A stretch of DNA of 64,000 bases from Octopus sinensis (Eukaryota). Position numbers and translations under genes: made by a program. The notes below the pieces were generated by a model. The model did no database searches. It was not told the DNA's origin and was given only the letters and a program-made list of their open reading frames with translations. Within the stretch, counting starts at the first letter, position 1, and the number at the start of each line of letters is the position of its first letter. The stretch covers positions 141,050,001-141,114,000 of the forward strand of contig NC_042999.1 of assembly GCF_006345805.1 (NCBI RefSeq). Direction: 5' to 3'. This document shows positions 25,604-38,572 of this stretch, piece by piece.

Positions 25604-26340
25604 ATATATATACATAGATATATATATAGATATATATATATTATATCAGTGGCGAGTATAAATTTAGTAAAGTGGATGTGTATTTGCAAGCATATTTAAT
25701 TTCTGCCAACACTGACTTCAAGTATATAATTGTAGCCAATAACTCAGGCTCCTTTTATTGAGCCTGGTCGCAGTTCATCTTTTCATTCAGCCTCTGGCTG
25801 TTGTCTTCAAGGTGCCCTGTGTCCGAAAATATCATTCGTTGCAAACGTTCTCTCAACATCATTCATACGTGACTGACTCGGGCGTAGAAATTACAGCCTG
25901 AGGTGTTATCTGTAATCGTAAAAATTAAAAGTAATCCAAATTCAATGTTTTCTTGAAACAAGAAATTTCTATAGAGATTAGAATTTAAATTCCAATCTAT
26001 GATAAGTTTTCATTCTACAATATTCTGAAAGGAATGGAAAATAATCCAGCAACTGAGGCTAATGTGAATGAGCCTCGTAGGTGTAAAAGACTAACTGGCA
26101 GTTGTTATTTGATTGCTGTTATTCTGTGTGTATTGATCAGTTGTGTTTTTCAGGTTTGCTTTATGTTTACCCTTAACTTAGAAATGGAGAAGAACATAGT
26201 GCTAGATATAAGAAATAAGCCATTTGGAGCTAGAAATAAAGCGGAAAAAAGCAGGCATGTGTCTTATGTGAAATCTGTGATGAGTGACACTGATGACCTG
26301 GAGTACCCTCTGATATATATATATATATACATACATACAT

Positions 26341-26880
26341 GTCTGGCCAAACTTGTCCTCTCAGATGCTTCTTGTTCACGGGTGATTTTTACCAGTAGTT
26401 CACAGGAGTGGCCATGGGAACAAGAATGGGCCCCAATTATGTGGACCTGTTCATTGGCTATGTTGAGGCCCTAATATTCTCAATTTTCACTGGTCCCACT
26501 CCTGAACTATACATTAGTTATATTAACGACTGTATTGGTGCAACCTCATTCTCCCACGAACATCTAGACTCTTTCCTCTCTTTTGTCAAATCTTTCGATC
26601 CTGCTCTCCACTTCTCCTGCACTATTTCTGACACCTCAGTCGCCTTGCTCAACATTTCGGTCAGCATACATCACTCCACTCTCACCACTTCCATCACACA
26701 AACACACAGACTCACACTCATACCTCAACTTCTCCTCCTCCCACCCTAGACACACCGAGCTCTCCATTTCCTATTTCCAATTCCTCTATCTACACAGGCT
26801 CTACAGTGACAAGCATGACTTTGAGACTTAATCTCAAATCATGGCTTGCCACTTCATCCTACGTGGATACCCCTCACCAC
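26341..26880 (+). mobile_element. Penelope-like element reverse transcriptase fragment (frameshifted)
   Basis: LAKLVL...GVAMGTRMGPNYVDLFIGYVE...YINDCIGATS (YIDD motif)...TDSHSYLNFSSSHPRHT...FILRGYP across ORFs 26034, 26408 and 26583. Confidence 0.9.
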
Positions 26881-26933
26881 TATCTATATGAATATATAGA
26901 TTTATATATATATACATATATTTATATATGTAT

Positions 26934-27212
26934 GTGACCGACCAGACCATCAGATGTTGTTACACATCGCTGGTCACAATGCGTTCGCATTGTTTTAGCC
27001 TTCGAATGACGCCAAAGTGAGCAGGCCAACAGAAGAAAGAGTAAAAGAAAGAGTGGTGAAAGAGTACAGCAGGGATCACCACCCCCTGCCAGAGCCTCGT
27101 GGAGCTTTTGTTTTTGCCCAATAAACACTCACAACGTCCGGTCTGGGAATCGAAACTGCGATCCTACGACCGCGAGTCCGCTGCCCTAACCACTGGGCCA
27201 TTGCGCCTCCAC
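26934..27212 (-). mobile_element. Family D tRNA-derived SINE, young
   Basis: Minus head gtggaggcgcaatggcccagtggttagggcagcggactcgcggtcgtaggatcgcagtttcgattccc with A box TGGCCCAGTGG and B box GTTTCGATTCC; CpG-rich. Confidence 0.88.
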
Positions 27213-27470
27213 ATATGGCGGCACGTAAAAGCACCATCCGTTCGTGGCCGTTTGCCAGCTCCGTCTGGCACCTGTGCGGGTGGCACGTAAAAAGCACCCA
27301 CTACACTCACGGAGTGGTTGGCGTTATGAAGGGCATCCAGCTGTAGAAACACTGCCAGATCAGACTGGGCCTGATGCAGCCTTCCGGCTTCACAGACCCC
27401 AGATGAACCATCCAACCCATGCTAGCATGGAAAGTGGACGCTAAATGATGAGGATGATGATGATGATGAT
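27213..27470 (+). mobile_element. Family B repeat with a single 61-bp unit and (GAT)n tail
   Basis: Nearly identical to 21203-21448; abuts the family D head back to back. Confidence 0.92.
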
Positions 27471-27521
27471 ATATATATACATATATACTACATATATATA
27501 TATATATATATATACACATAC

Positions 27522-27565
<44 letters not shown>

Positions 27566-27690
27566 TACATATATATACATACACACACACATACATATAT
27601 ATATATATACACATACATATACATATATATACATACACACACATACATATATGCTTGCATGCATACATACATACATACATACATACATAT
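27470..27690. repeat. (TA)n/(TACA)n compound microsatellite
   Basis: Direct inspection. Confidence 0.95.
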
Positions 27691-28129
27691 TGGTTGAAAG
27701 AGAACAAATGTGAACTATAAACTGAATATTCACCTCACATATTGGCTAACTATCTCTACTTATTACGTTAACAGATTTTGTTGAGGCTTTATTTCAATAT
27801 TTCTTTGCTTTGGTTATGGACTTTTAATGAAATCCTGCTGAGAAATTGTATATTTTCAAATTACAAATTGTGAAACCACCCCAGTAGAAAACTATTATTT
27901 GTTCTGTCATCATTATTTTAGACAAGATGTAAACCACTAATTCAGGCAAGTAACATTCCATTAATTAATTAACTAATGTCTTGTTGATGAATTAATCTTT
28001 GTATGTTCTTCTCTCTCTCCCTCTCTCTCACTTTGTCTATCTATTTATCTACATGTCTGTCGATATATAGATGGTGGCCTCTGAGTTTTTAAAATGTATG
28101 TGCGTGTGTTTCAAAAGCTCAGAGGGCAC

Positions 28130-28540
28130 CCTTGATGCAATTAATATCTTTAATTTCTTAGGTGACCTAATTGGTAGTAGAGGAGAGTATTCCAAAAACA
28201 AAGTAGGAAGGAGATGGAAACAGTTCAGGGAACCATTAACTCTACTGACAGTATATGCATTCTCTCTCTGAGTGAAAGGCAGATCGTACAAGGCATTGGT
28301 ATCAAATGCAAATGATGTACAAAGACTGAAAAGAAATTAGACAAGTATGACCTGCTGGCTGTGTAATGTTAGTAAGCATGAATGATACAGCACTAATGGG
28401 CCAAGAAAAAAGCAAAGCATAAGAGGGATCAAATGTAGCAGTCAAGAGAGAAAACTGAGCTGGTACGGACATATGATGTGTATAGGGAATGACATCTGGG
28501 CAAAGGAACATCAAGCATTCAAAGTGAAAGGAAGATAAAA
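28130..28540 (+). mobile_element. RTE-clade LINE C-terminal fragment, decayed
   Basis: FNFLGDLIGSRGEYSKNKVGRRWKQFREPLTLL...SL*VKGRSY...WLCNVS...IRGIKCSSQERKLSWYGHMM, matching the RTE post-RT motifs F.YLG, W.KF and RL.WYGHV. Confidence 0.85.
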
Positions 28541-29359
28541 AAGTGGTGAAAGATTATCTTATCTGGCTTAAGCTCATCATGAATGATGAAATTTTAATGC
28601 TTTTACTTGCTATCAATACTTGATGGTTCAGCATTGCTGCATTTTCTTTGTGCATTTTAATGTTATCATATCCAAACTAGCAGCATTTTTGTAAACACCA
28701 TACAATATTCTGTCATAAAACATGTCTACACTTCGCAGAGATGTTCATTTGCATACATCAGAATATGATTTTGATACTCAGTTGATTTTTTCAGCTGACT
28801 TGTACTCAACTTCTCCTTTTGAGTTAATACTAACACATCCAAACAACTATTCTCTCATTATTTTCCTCTCAGATTATTGCAAATACTCTGCTCCCACTAG
28901 TCATTGTTTCACTGCTATAAAGCTACACACTTTTTACACTTTCTTCATATGGTCTGCTTTGTGTAGAGAGAAAAAATGCTATTGCTAATGGAAATAGCAT
29001 TTCTCTAAACATCTCTCTCTCTCACTCTCTCTCTCTCTCTCTCTCCCTCTCTCAACATGCACACACACTTGTAGATGATAATGATATAGATATAATTATT
29101 TCATTGGTTCAATGTCCTTACTAGTGGGAATTACATAATTCAGCAAACATACATTCATGCTTGAATTGTTAGATGTCCTTCATAGCATCATAATAAACCC
29201 TGAACCATGACAAGACATTTATTCCTATTTCAAGCTACTTTTGATAGGGAATGCAATATTATAACTATATATTTGTCTGAAGAAAATGCATCATCCTCTT
29301 TAACCACCAGAAACCATGCCAGTTTTAGCAGGTCTTTCTCACCATAGTCATGAATGTGA

Positions 29360-29717
29360 ACATACCATCACACTCATCCTCATTCATACACATTTCATAT
29401 ATTTACAGTTCATATTTAATAGCTGAACATTTTTCTCATATATATTCACACACACATGCTTGTGTGCATGCAGGCACATACAGGCATTCTGATATCTGTA
29501 CATCCGCAAATGCACATACAAATGATCAATCAAACACTTATACATGCATACACATAAAATATACAAATATATGCACACACATATAATACATATAATACTT
29601 CATAACTCATTTTATTGAGTGATTTTATTGTGCTTCCACATGCATATACACTCATAATTTCAGATACACTCTACACAGATACGTATGCACATGCTCACAA
29701 ATATATATGCTCAAGTC

Positions 29718-29748
<31 letters not shown>

Positions 29749-29990
29749 TATTTATATACAAATAGATAAATACATACATATGTACATAAATACATACACA
29801 TACACGCACACGCCAGCAAATGGACAAATGCATATATAAATATATAAGCATACTAGTTAGTAATATTAATCTAATATTAATAATTTAGTGTATTGACTCT
29901 TGATATCTTTAATACACACACACATACATATACTTATATGTACTGCTCCAAACCTACATACACCCACACACTCACATGTATGCGAATACC
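29360..29990. repeat. Degenerate CA/TA-rich low-complexity region
   Basis: Dense cacac/tacat repeats; produces His/Thr/Tyr artefact ORFs. Confidence 0.85.
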
Positions 29991-30609
29991 CAAGGATCAA
30001 CTTTTCATTTTTGTTATCATACTAAATTACAAATTACTAGTGCTCTCCCTCTCTCTTTCTCTCCCTCTCCCCCCTCTCCCCCCTCTCTCTCTCTGTCTCT
30101 CTCCTTACTGTGTGTTTCTCCCACCATCTCTCTCTTCATTTATCTATTTAGCTATTTCTATATTATTGATATCTTACTCTCCCTTCATAACTTTCTCTTT
30201 TGCTCTTTTGTTATCTCATTCTCTTTGCAACCTTCTCTTTTATTCTGTATTCTAAACAACCTGACATATTCATCAGGCTATTATTGACAGTTATCTGATC
30301 CCTCCATAAAATACAGTCCTCCCACCATATTTTGTTTTGAAAACCAACCACTGCTGTAATAACAAAGAAGCATCAAAGTAAACGAGCAAGGGGAAAGATG
30401 ATACAAGTAAGAGACAGAAAGAAAGAAGATTGTGTGTGTGTGTAAGGGGGTGCTGAAAAGATCTTTGCTTTAAAGGTATCATGAAAGGCCTGGTTGGAGG
30501 CCCAACTTTCCAAATTATTTTACAGACCTTAGAAAGCTGAAGGACTGCTGCAATAAGTGAGTGAATAGGAGAGGAGAATATGTTGAATAAAATCATAATT
30601 AACTAATCC

Positions 30610-30965
30610 TCTAGTATTTCCTTTTTCCCAAAACCAGGAACTCTTCAGCACTCCTCAGTCTGATTTGGCATAGTTTCTGCAGCTGGAGATCCTTCCTAAC
30701 ATCAACCACTCCGAAAGTATAATGGGTGCTTTTACATGCCACCAGCATGGCACCAGTATCTGCCATAACTGTAATTTTACTTGGCTTGCTGGGTTTTCTT
30801 TTCAAGCATGACATAATGCCAAAAGTCTTGGCCATTCTTCATTGCCTCCATGAGGCCCAACAGCCGAAAGGAGCTTTTCACATGCCACCAGCATTGATCA
30901 CATGCCACCAGCATTGATCACTCTGTGAGTTCCGCCTGACTGGCTCCTGTATAGGTGGCACGTAA
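30610..30965 (-). mobile_element. Family B repeat containing an RTE ORF end
   Basis: ggcatagtttctgcagctggagatccttcctaacatcaaccactcc; the minus strand of 30780-30870 reads like the RTE C-terminus (GLMEAM.N.QDFWH..MLEK). A 20-bp tandem duplication lies at ~30881-30920. Confidence 0.7.
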
Positions 30966-32304
30966 AATTTTACCTGAAGATAGTGGATTAAATGTTATGA
31001 TGTAATCTATGAATACATCAGCATAATTCTACTGAAACAGCTGTTTTGAATTTTAAACCCCATTTTTGTTCTTTTTTTATACCTATGCCACACCAAGAAC
31101 CAACCTTGAATGAAATCTACAGTTTAAATTGGATTTGGTACTTACATATCCACAGTATTCTACCAACACTTGATACCGTCATTATTGTATGACCCCACTG
31201 TGAACCCTATGTTATTGTACCTACCTATTTCTGGCTTCCTAGGTATTGATGTGCCTAGATCTCTATTTCTGTCTATCAATATGCTTGCATGTATGTATAT
31301 AATTTTGTATTTTTAATTGGCTGAAAGTTACAAAAGTAACTCAAGAGCCAAGAGTTTCATGCATAGCATTTATCAAACTAGTTTCAAATCTGAAAACTGT
31401 TTATGTGTGTGTATGCGCGTGCACACACATACACACATATATTTATGCATGCACTCACAAAATACATCATTTCATGTTGCATCTGTGTTGTCCTTTTAGA
31501 AAATTCCCCCTACCCATCCATCCACTCACTCATTCACTCAATGACTCACTGATTGAAATTGACTTTCAAAGTAGATAAGTAAAACTGTTGTTGTTGTTAT
31601 TAATAGTAGTGATGGTTGTGGTGATGTATGGCAGCAAAGAGGATGATATAGCTGGCAGTGGAGTTGCTGCTGTTGGTGGTGGTCATTATCATTATGCTGG
31701 TCTTAGCTATTCTATTATCATTTGATCACTTTTGCACCTACTGGCATTTGCTTAGCATTGGATTTTTTTTTTGTTTTGTTTGTTATCTATTTGCCCTTTT
31801 ACTTATTTATTCATTTACTTAGCACAAAGAGCCAGAAAGGAAAATTTCATCATTTCATGCAAATATATATTATTTATGAGCTGTGTATTTTTTTTTCTTT
31901 AATGACAGGCATTCTATTACTTATCGGTTTCCATCAATTGTTTATTCAATTGAAATGAGAAGGATTAGTAAATATTTTTAGATGCTAAAATACATTCAGC
32001 ATTATGAAAATATTCAATAAGGCTTACTTAGAAGACTTTTCAATGAATTTCTACTGCAACAAAAGAAAAAAAGAAGCAAACTATTACTTAGAGCAGATAT
32101 TTGAATGAATTCCTGCTATAGGATAAAAAAATGATATTCGGCTTGATGCTATTCTAGTTATTATATCGTGTTTTGCTTATTAGCATTCATTTTATGTTTT
32201 GCAACTGAAGCTTCATTATTTCTAGCAAATTGGCAGAATTGGTGAAATTTTCCTTCTTCCTTGGTGATTCAAAAGATATACCAGTTGTGTACTGGAGTTG
32301 AATC

Positions 32305-32640
32305 AATTAATTAAACAGACAAGACGACAAAGGACTGAGATACCTGGTGCCTTGCTGTACTCAAGAAAACCTGCATCTGGTTAACAGGATTGGCCTGCAA
32401 GAGTCTTGTGCCAGTGCCTTGTAAAAAGCATTTGTGCCGGTATCATCTAAAAGTGCTCATGCTAGTGGCACATTAAAAGTACCCAGCATACACTGTACAG
32501 TGGTTGGCATTAGGAAGGGCATCCAGCTGTAGAAGCTAAGCCAAATCAGACTGGAAGTTGGTGCAGCTTGCCAGCTCTGGTCAAACTGTCCAACCCATGC
32601 TAGCAAGAAAAACATGCATTAAAGGATATGATGATGATGG
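32305..32640 (+). mobile_element. RTE 3' end running into a family B tail
   Basis: acgacaaaggactgagatacctggtgccttgctgtactcaagaaaacc (TTKD*DTWCLAVLKKT), then short gcac..taaaag units, ggttggcattaggaagggcatccagctgtagaa and (gat)n. Confidence 0.75.
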
Positions 32641-33239
32641 TCCCCATTGTTCTTTTACCTATGGATTAAATTAATTATTCACATTTTGTTTCATTATGCT
32701 AATTGATGTATTGTTTTATTTTGTTGTAATCTCTGCCATTACTGTACATCATTTTTCTCTAATTGTACTACAGTCCAGTGGAAAATACCCATTGCTGTAT
32801 AGTCAAGCCATATGAAACACTGCCTTGAAACACAGATGGAGCCACAGCAGCTATTTTTCCTTAAATCATTTTCTGAGATATTATTTAGTTCCTGTTGTAT
32901 TCTATCTCCTTGGGGATTCAGTTCCCATCACTTGCAGTGGTCCATTGCCATGCTTTCAGTAGAAGTAGGGGTTAATTCAATATTTTTATCATCTGCTTTT
33001 TTGTTTTTGTTGGGGTTTTTTTGATTTTTTTGCTTGTCTCAAGCACATTATGACTCTTTTGAAGAAAAAATGAAATTGAGTGAGTGAAGAGTAATAGAAA
33101 TAGACATAGAGGGAAGTGGAAGAAAGGAACATCAATTAATACATGATTATAAGTAATAAAAGGAGACAATTAGAGCAAGGAGATTAATGAAAGGGAATGT
33201 AAAGGATAGAGTAAAAATCAAGAAATGGCTTTAAGAGAG

Positions 33240-33720
33240 AAAATATCTTATGTAACCTTCCTGTGAACCCACTACACCTCTTGAGTATCTAGTACATTGT
33301 ATGGAGTTCCTGCCTATCAAACAGGGCCACTTTCTTGGTGGTAGTAGAGTCCGAGTTTCTTTCTTGTTAAAATTTAGTCTTTATAATATTTACGTTGTAG
33401 CCACCTGATTTTATGTTTTGCTTCTATATTTGGAATTTCTTCTCTAAGTCATTGATCTAATCAGCTAGAAGTCAACAGTACTGAGGTGTTCCTACAGACA
33501 ACCATTCTTAAACTCCTCTGTTACATCTTGTAGAACTAATAAATAGAACTCGTCTGAGAATTGAACACCAGCCTGCACACAAAATTCCATACCAAACATT
33601 GTTAATTCTTACTTTGCTGACTACACTTGTTCATGGCTGGCGCAGTTCTCACAAGAGTTTTCTTTGAAACCTTATCAAAGACCTTCTTCAGATAAACAGA
33701 AGCTAAGTTGAGTGGCCTAC
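33240..33720 (-). mobile_element. RTE-clade reverse transcriptase fragment, heavily decayed
   Basis: Minus translation: LKKVFDKV (cf. D..KAFD.V), VLQDVTEEFKNGCL*EHLSTVDF (eroded LLYADD region), NVNIIKTK, KWPCLIGRNSIQCT. Confidence 0.7.
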
Positions 33721-36079
33721 ACCTAGCTACATATAACATTTTGAAATATTAGAAAAAAGCAATTGTTGATGTACCATAAGACTGGTTGATTCAATAATCA
33801 AATTGTGTTTTTTTTACAAAAAGAAAATTATTAAATGCCTCAAACTGTTTGATGACTCTTAATGCATCATAATGTTGCTATGTCATTCACATATTTCTTT
33901 ACTATTCTCTCACATGAAGGAAAGACCCTATAATATACACATTGTAAAGTAATGCATTTAAGAATACATTAACAAAACCTAGAATGTGGTAGAATTTATG
34001 CATTTTTACCAAAGTAATAGATAAATAGGGTGATTTGAGCTGAATTGCAGGCAACTTATCAAAAGAAAAAAAAAATTCACATTCCAAATATTTTATACAA
34101 AGTACAAAAGAACTTGGTCTTCAAGATATTGATCTTATCAGAAATAGTGTGTGGTGGAGATTTCTATTATCAGTTGTTCAAGCAGTAGACACTTTATATT
34201 TATGTCCTCTTCATATTCCAGGAGAAAAATATTTTTTTTTACCATATGCAACTTACCTCCTCATTATTACTATTATATGACATTAATAACAGTAATAATT
34301 TACCATTTTACACCATTTTCATTACTAGCATGAGTTGGATAAATTTCATTCAAGAAATTTTTTTCCTAGCTTAATACCTTTCCTACAGTTAAAGATTCAA
34401 TTTAGAGAAGAACATAATTTGTTAGCTAGATAGACTTAGGTTAGCAGTTATGTGTTTTGTCAAAAAATAACTCAACATAATGGCTATAGTAACATTTATT
34501 CAGGAACACAATATTATTTTGCTGCTACAAAATGAAAACTAGATCTTTGATAATAAGGGGTATTTGTTCCATACTGTCTTTGTTTAATTCCCAAAAGTCA
34601 AACTTCAAAAGTTACAGTCACTTTGTTTTGTCTCTGTACACAACTCTTAACTGAGTTCATTAAGCTGTGAACAATAGATACCAGATCTTCAGAGGATGTA
34701 GCCAATGATAAATTTGTGTCCAGTCTAGTGGAAAAATGTTATATAACATCTGGATGTATGTATGGCATATGGCTATGTGGTTAAAAAGTTTCCTTTGTAA
34801 CCACTTACTTCCAAGTTTGATCTCATTGTGTGCAACCTGTTACTATAATGTTACGTTGAACTATAATGTTAGGTTGAACTAATGTCATCTGAGTGGAATT
34901 TGGCAAGAAGAAACTGGTGGTTGCCTGCCATGTATGTATGTGTTTATATATTTCACCATATATCAGTGAAGAATGTGAGCATTGGCAAAAGCATTGTGCT
35001 CTTAGAATAAGAACTACCAAGTTACAGACACTCCCTTGTCATTGTTACCATCATAAATGCAATGAACCAGCAATTTGCCCTTTGGAAACCTGTTACTAAA
35101 TAACAATATAAAGTCTAAAATAAATCTGTTTAATGATACAGATTCTACATGTAAAAAAGGGTATTTTACAGTCACAAAATGTAAGTCTTTAGAGTAAAGA
35201 TGCATGTTGTGATATTCATGCCTTTTGAAGTCAAGAGAAGTGTGTGTGTGTGTGTGTGTGTGTAGCTTTTTACTGTTCATGTGAAACAAAATGGAATTGC
35301 AAATTCTATTAATTGGGAGCTAATCAGCACTCTATATCAGTGTCTCTACTAAGTCTGTCATTACCTCCTCAGCTCTTCAAAATAATCTTGATCTTGTTGA
35401 AAAATTCAACTGAATAAAAAATAAAAAATAAAATTTTTTAATCTTTCCATAATCTTCATCTATATCTACATAGAGGAAATGTTACAGCACTAAATGCAGT
35501 GCTAATAGATTGCTGCTGTTTCTGCTATTACTACTACTACTTATGAAGCTGATAGTAATGGTAGTTGTTGTGGTCATGGTGACAAGAATATTTAGTATGA
35601 ATAGATGTAGTTACAAAATGTGTGGAGTGTATTGATGTAATACAGTGATAATGTCTTTCATGGAAGCAATATTTCAGATGAATCAAAGAAAGGGATTGTG
35701 TGATTTCTTTCTGAATATGTAATACTTACACCATCATACTGGAGTATGTTATCATTTCAAAGATGATGATAAAAACAAAGGCTTTTTTCTTATACAAACA
35801 AAAGATCAAAAATATTAAGGGACAAGTTTTTCAGTCTGTAAGTTGTGAGGTAAATTCAACTCCAACAGCAATTGAATGCAAAATATAAAGAGAAGTAACT
35901 AATACATCAAATAATAATAATAATAATGACGATGAGGATGATGAAGACAATGATGATGATGCTTGTAATGATGATGATTTCATTATTTGCCACAATACTT
36001 ACAGAATAAGAAGTTTCTATAGAGTACAAAACAAAATAAACAAGAAAAAATTTGATATATTGTGCATCATAAAAATTGC

Positions 36080-36117
<38 letters not shown>

Positions 36118-36217
36118 AAATGTTCAATTCAGTTTTCTCTATAGGTGTTGTGATGATGTGAATTATCTGTAGCTAAGCATGATTTGTGTGTTTGTGTACC
36201 TATATGCACATATAAGT

Positions 36218-36385
36218 GCAGACATGGCTGTGTGGTAAGAAACTTACTTCCCAACCACATGGTTCCAAGTTCAGTCCCACTGTGTGGCACCTTGGGCAAG
36301 TGTCTCCTACTATAGTCGCAGGCCAGCCAAAGCCTCATGAGCAGACTTGGTAGATAGAAACTGGAAGAAGCCAGTCGTATATCTG

Positions 36386-36426
<41 letters not shown>

Positions 36427-36650
36427 ATGTATATGCATATTTGTGTTTGTCCTACACCACGGCTTGACAAACTGTGTTGGTGTGTTTACGCCCTCATAAC
36501 TTAGCGATTTGTCAAGAGAAATCAACAGAATAAGTACCAGGCTTAAAAAAAAAGTACTGGGGTCAAATCATTTGACTAAAAGAAATTTTTCAAGGCAGTG
36601 CCCCAGCTTCACTGCCATCTAATGGCTAAAACAAGTAAAAGATAAAAGAT
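36218..36650 (+). mobile_element. Family A SINE, full length, internal (TA)n
   Basis: gcagacatggctgtgtggtaag...gttcagtcccactgtgtggcaccttgggcaag...aaacaagtaaaagataaaagat. Confidence 0.92.
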
Positions 36651-36869
36651 ATATGCATGCATGTATATGTATGTACTTATACATTAATTGAATAACCAAA
36701 TAACCAATTTCAAAGTAGGTAGGGGAGTGTACATTTTTAAAATTATGAGTTTGAATGAAAAGTGGTGCAGTGGGGAGGATAGCTTCATTTAAACTGGTTC
36801 CATCATATATAATGTCTTAGTTTAGAATAGAGTATCTGTTAAAAAATGTTACTAAACATCAAAAAGTAG

Positions 36870-37125
36870 CAATCATCATCATCATCATTTAATGTCAGCT
36901 TTCCATGCTGGCATGGGTTGGATGGTTTGACAGAAGACTGCACCAGGATTCAGTGTCTGTTTTGGTATGGTTTTCATGGTTGGATCCCTTTCCTAACACC
37001 AATAACCCTGCAGAGTGGACTGAGTGCTTTTTACGTGGCACCTATACTGGTGAGGTCAGTTTTGGCATGGTTTTACAGCTGCATGCCCTTCCAAATGCCA
37101 ACCACTTTACAGTGTGGACTACCTC
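36870..37125 (-). mobile_element. Family B repeat, degenerate
   Basis: (tca)n tttaatgtcagctttccatgctggcatgggttggatgg...gtgctttttacgtggcacc. Confidence 0.8.
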
Positions 37126-38341
37126 TTCCCTATTAAAAACAGTTATTACAAATAAATGATACATGATGAGGGAAAAACACTGTAGATTGATGCTAGAAGT
37201 TACTATCATAGAGACAAACCAAAATTGGTTACATGTCGAGAGCACACATGGGAACATTGGAGATTACATAAGGAATGCCACAAAATTTAGATTAAAAGTT
37301 ATTGTTTTTCAGATTTTCTTCAGCCTGTAAATGGCAAAATGTAAATGGAAAAATGAATGTTAAATCTATGTTAAGGATAGTGGATGAGAATTTTGAGCCC
37401 TTTGCATGTAACTGTTTGTATACATAGTTGTATATATTCCCTTGTGGGTAATTCTTTGTTTTAAGCCACCCATCTATTGATGCATGTAGCATCTTGTGTA
37501 CAGTCCTATATATGTACCTTCTCCTAAAATCACCATGAGGTTTAAAACCCAGGTAAAAGCTAAACATTGAAACCAACTCTTGACAGGATATTAATGATCT
37601 ATTTTAGACTAGAGTAAGCACCGATGATATGAGAAATGACATCTTACTACCTTCACCAGTGGCAGCAATTACAATAACAACAGAAAGGAGAATAGTTTTT
37701 CTTCCTGAAGGGATAATGAGAAGCATCAGAGAAACAAAACTATAATGGATTCATTTTCATGAAGGAAGTTGTGAAGCAATAATAGAAGAAAAATGCAGAT
37801 TGAAACTTTTGATAGAAAAAGCAAAGACACTGGAATATCATTAACTCAGAAGTGTCAACTCAGAAGACAATGTTGAATTTCTCAAGTAGTTGATGATGTT
37901 AAACAATGAAAAAGGAAATGGGAACATCTCTTTATACATGGCTAACATCTTTGATATCAAAAAATATGCATTCTTTATCAGTTTTGGTAGACCAAAAAAC
38001 TACATTCTGCAACTAAGCTAACAAATTCTTTTAATCTTTCTTTATTGTGTAAACAGACTGAATTTTTTCTTCAGTTCCTATATGCTTCTCAATAGGACCA
38101 TTATTTATATATGCTTTGGAATTTGGGGATTTTATGTACTTTTTTGTGGCTTCATTGAATTTCCGTTGCTTTAGTTCATTTATATAATAGAATGTACACA
38201 ATACTTTTCTGGAAAATTATCTGTGACAACTCTGAGAGAGAAACTACTTCACTTGAGTTTAAATACATTGTTATCAGAGTTATTGTGACTGGTCACTGGT
38301 GGGGATACAATTCTGACAATGTGTCCAGGTATTGCATCAAG

Positions 38342-38390
<49 letters not shown>

Positions 38391-38572
38391 ACAAGAGAGA
38401 AACAATTTTTAATATGGTATACTTGATGCTATTTTCGACCACTATATATATATAATGTACACACATACATATACACATCATACACACACTCACTCACACA
38501 CACAACAGGCTTCTTTTTGTTCCCATCTACAAAATCCACTTACAAGGTTTTGGTCAGTTCAAAGCTGTAGTA

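Noticed and set aside
26034-26474. 146-aa ORF as a host gene
   Set aside because: It is a chance fusion of an unknown repeat, a TA microsatellite (YIYI) and an out-of-frame Penelope RT.
27140-27212. tRNA gene
   Set aside because: A and B boxes are present, but the sequence continues into a SINE body and I could not draw a full cloverleaf; the same holds for the family A, C and E heads.
33660-33700. Minus-strand CUGAAGAAGGUC...
   Set aside because: No stem II or GAAA; it is part of the RTE RT remnant (LKKVFDKV).
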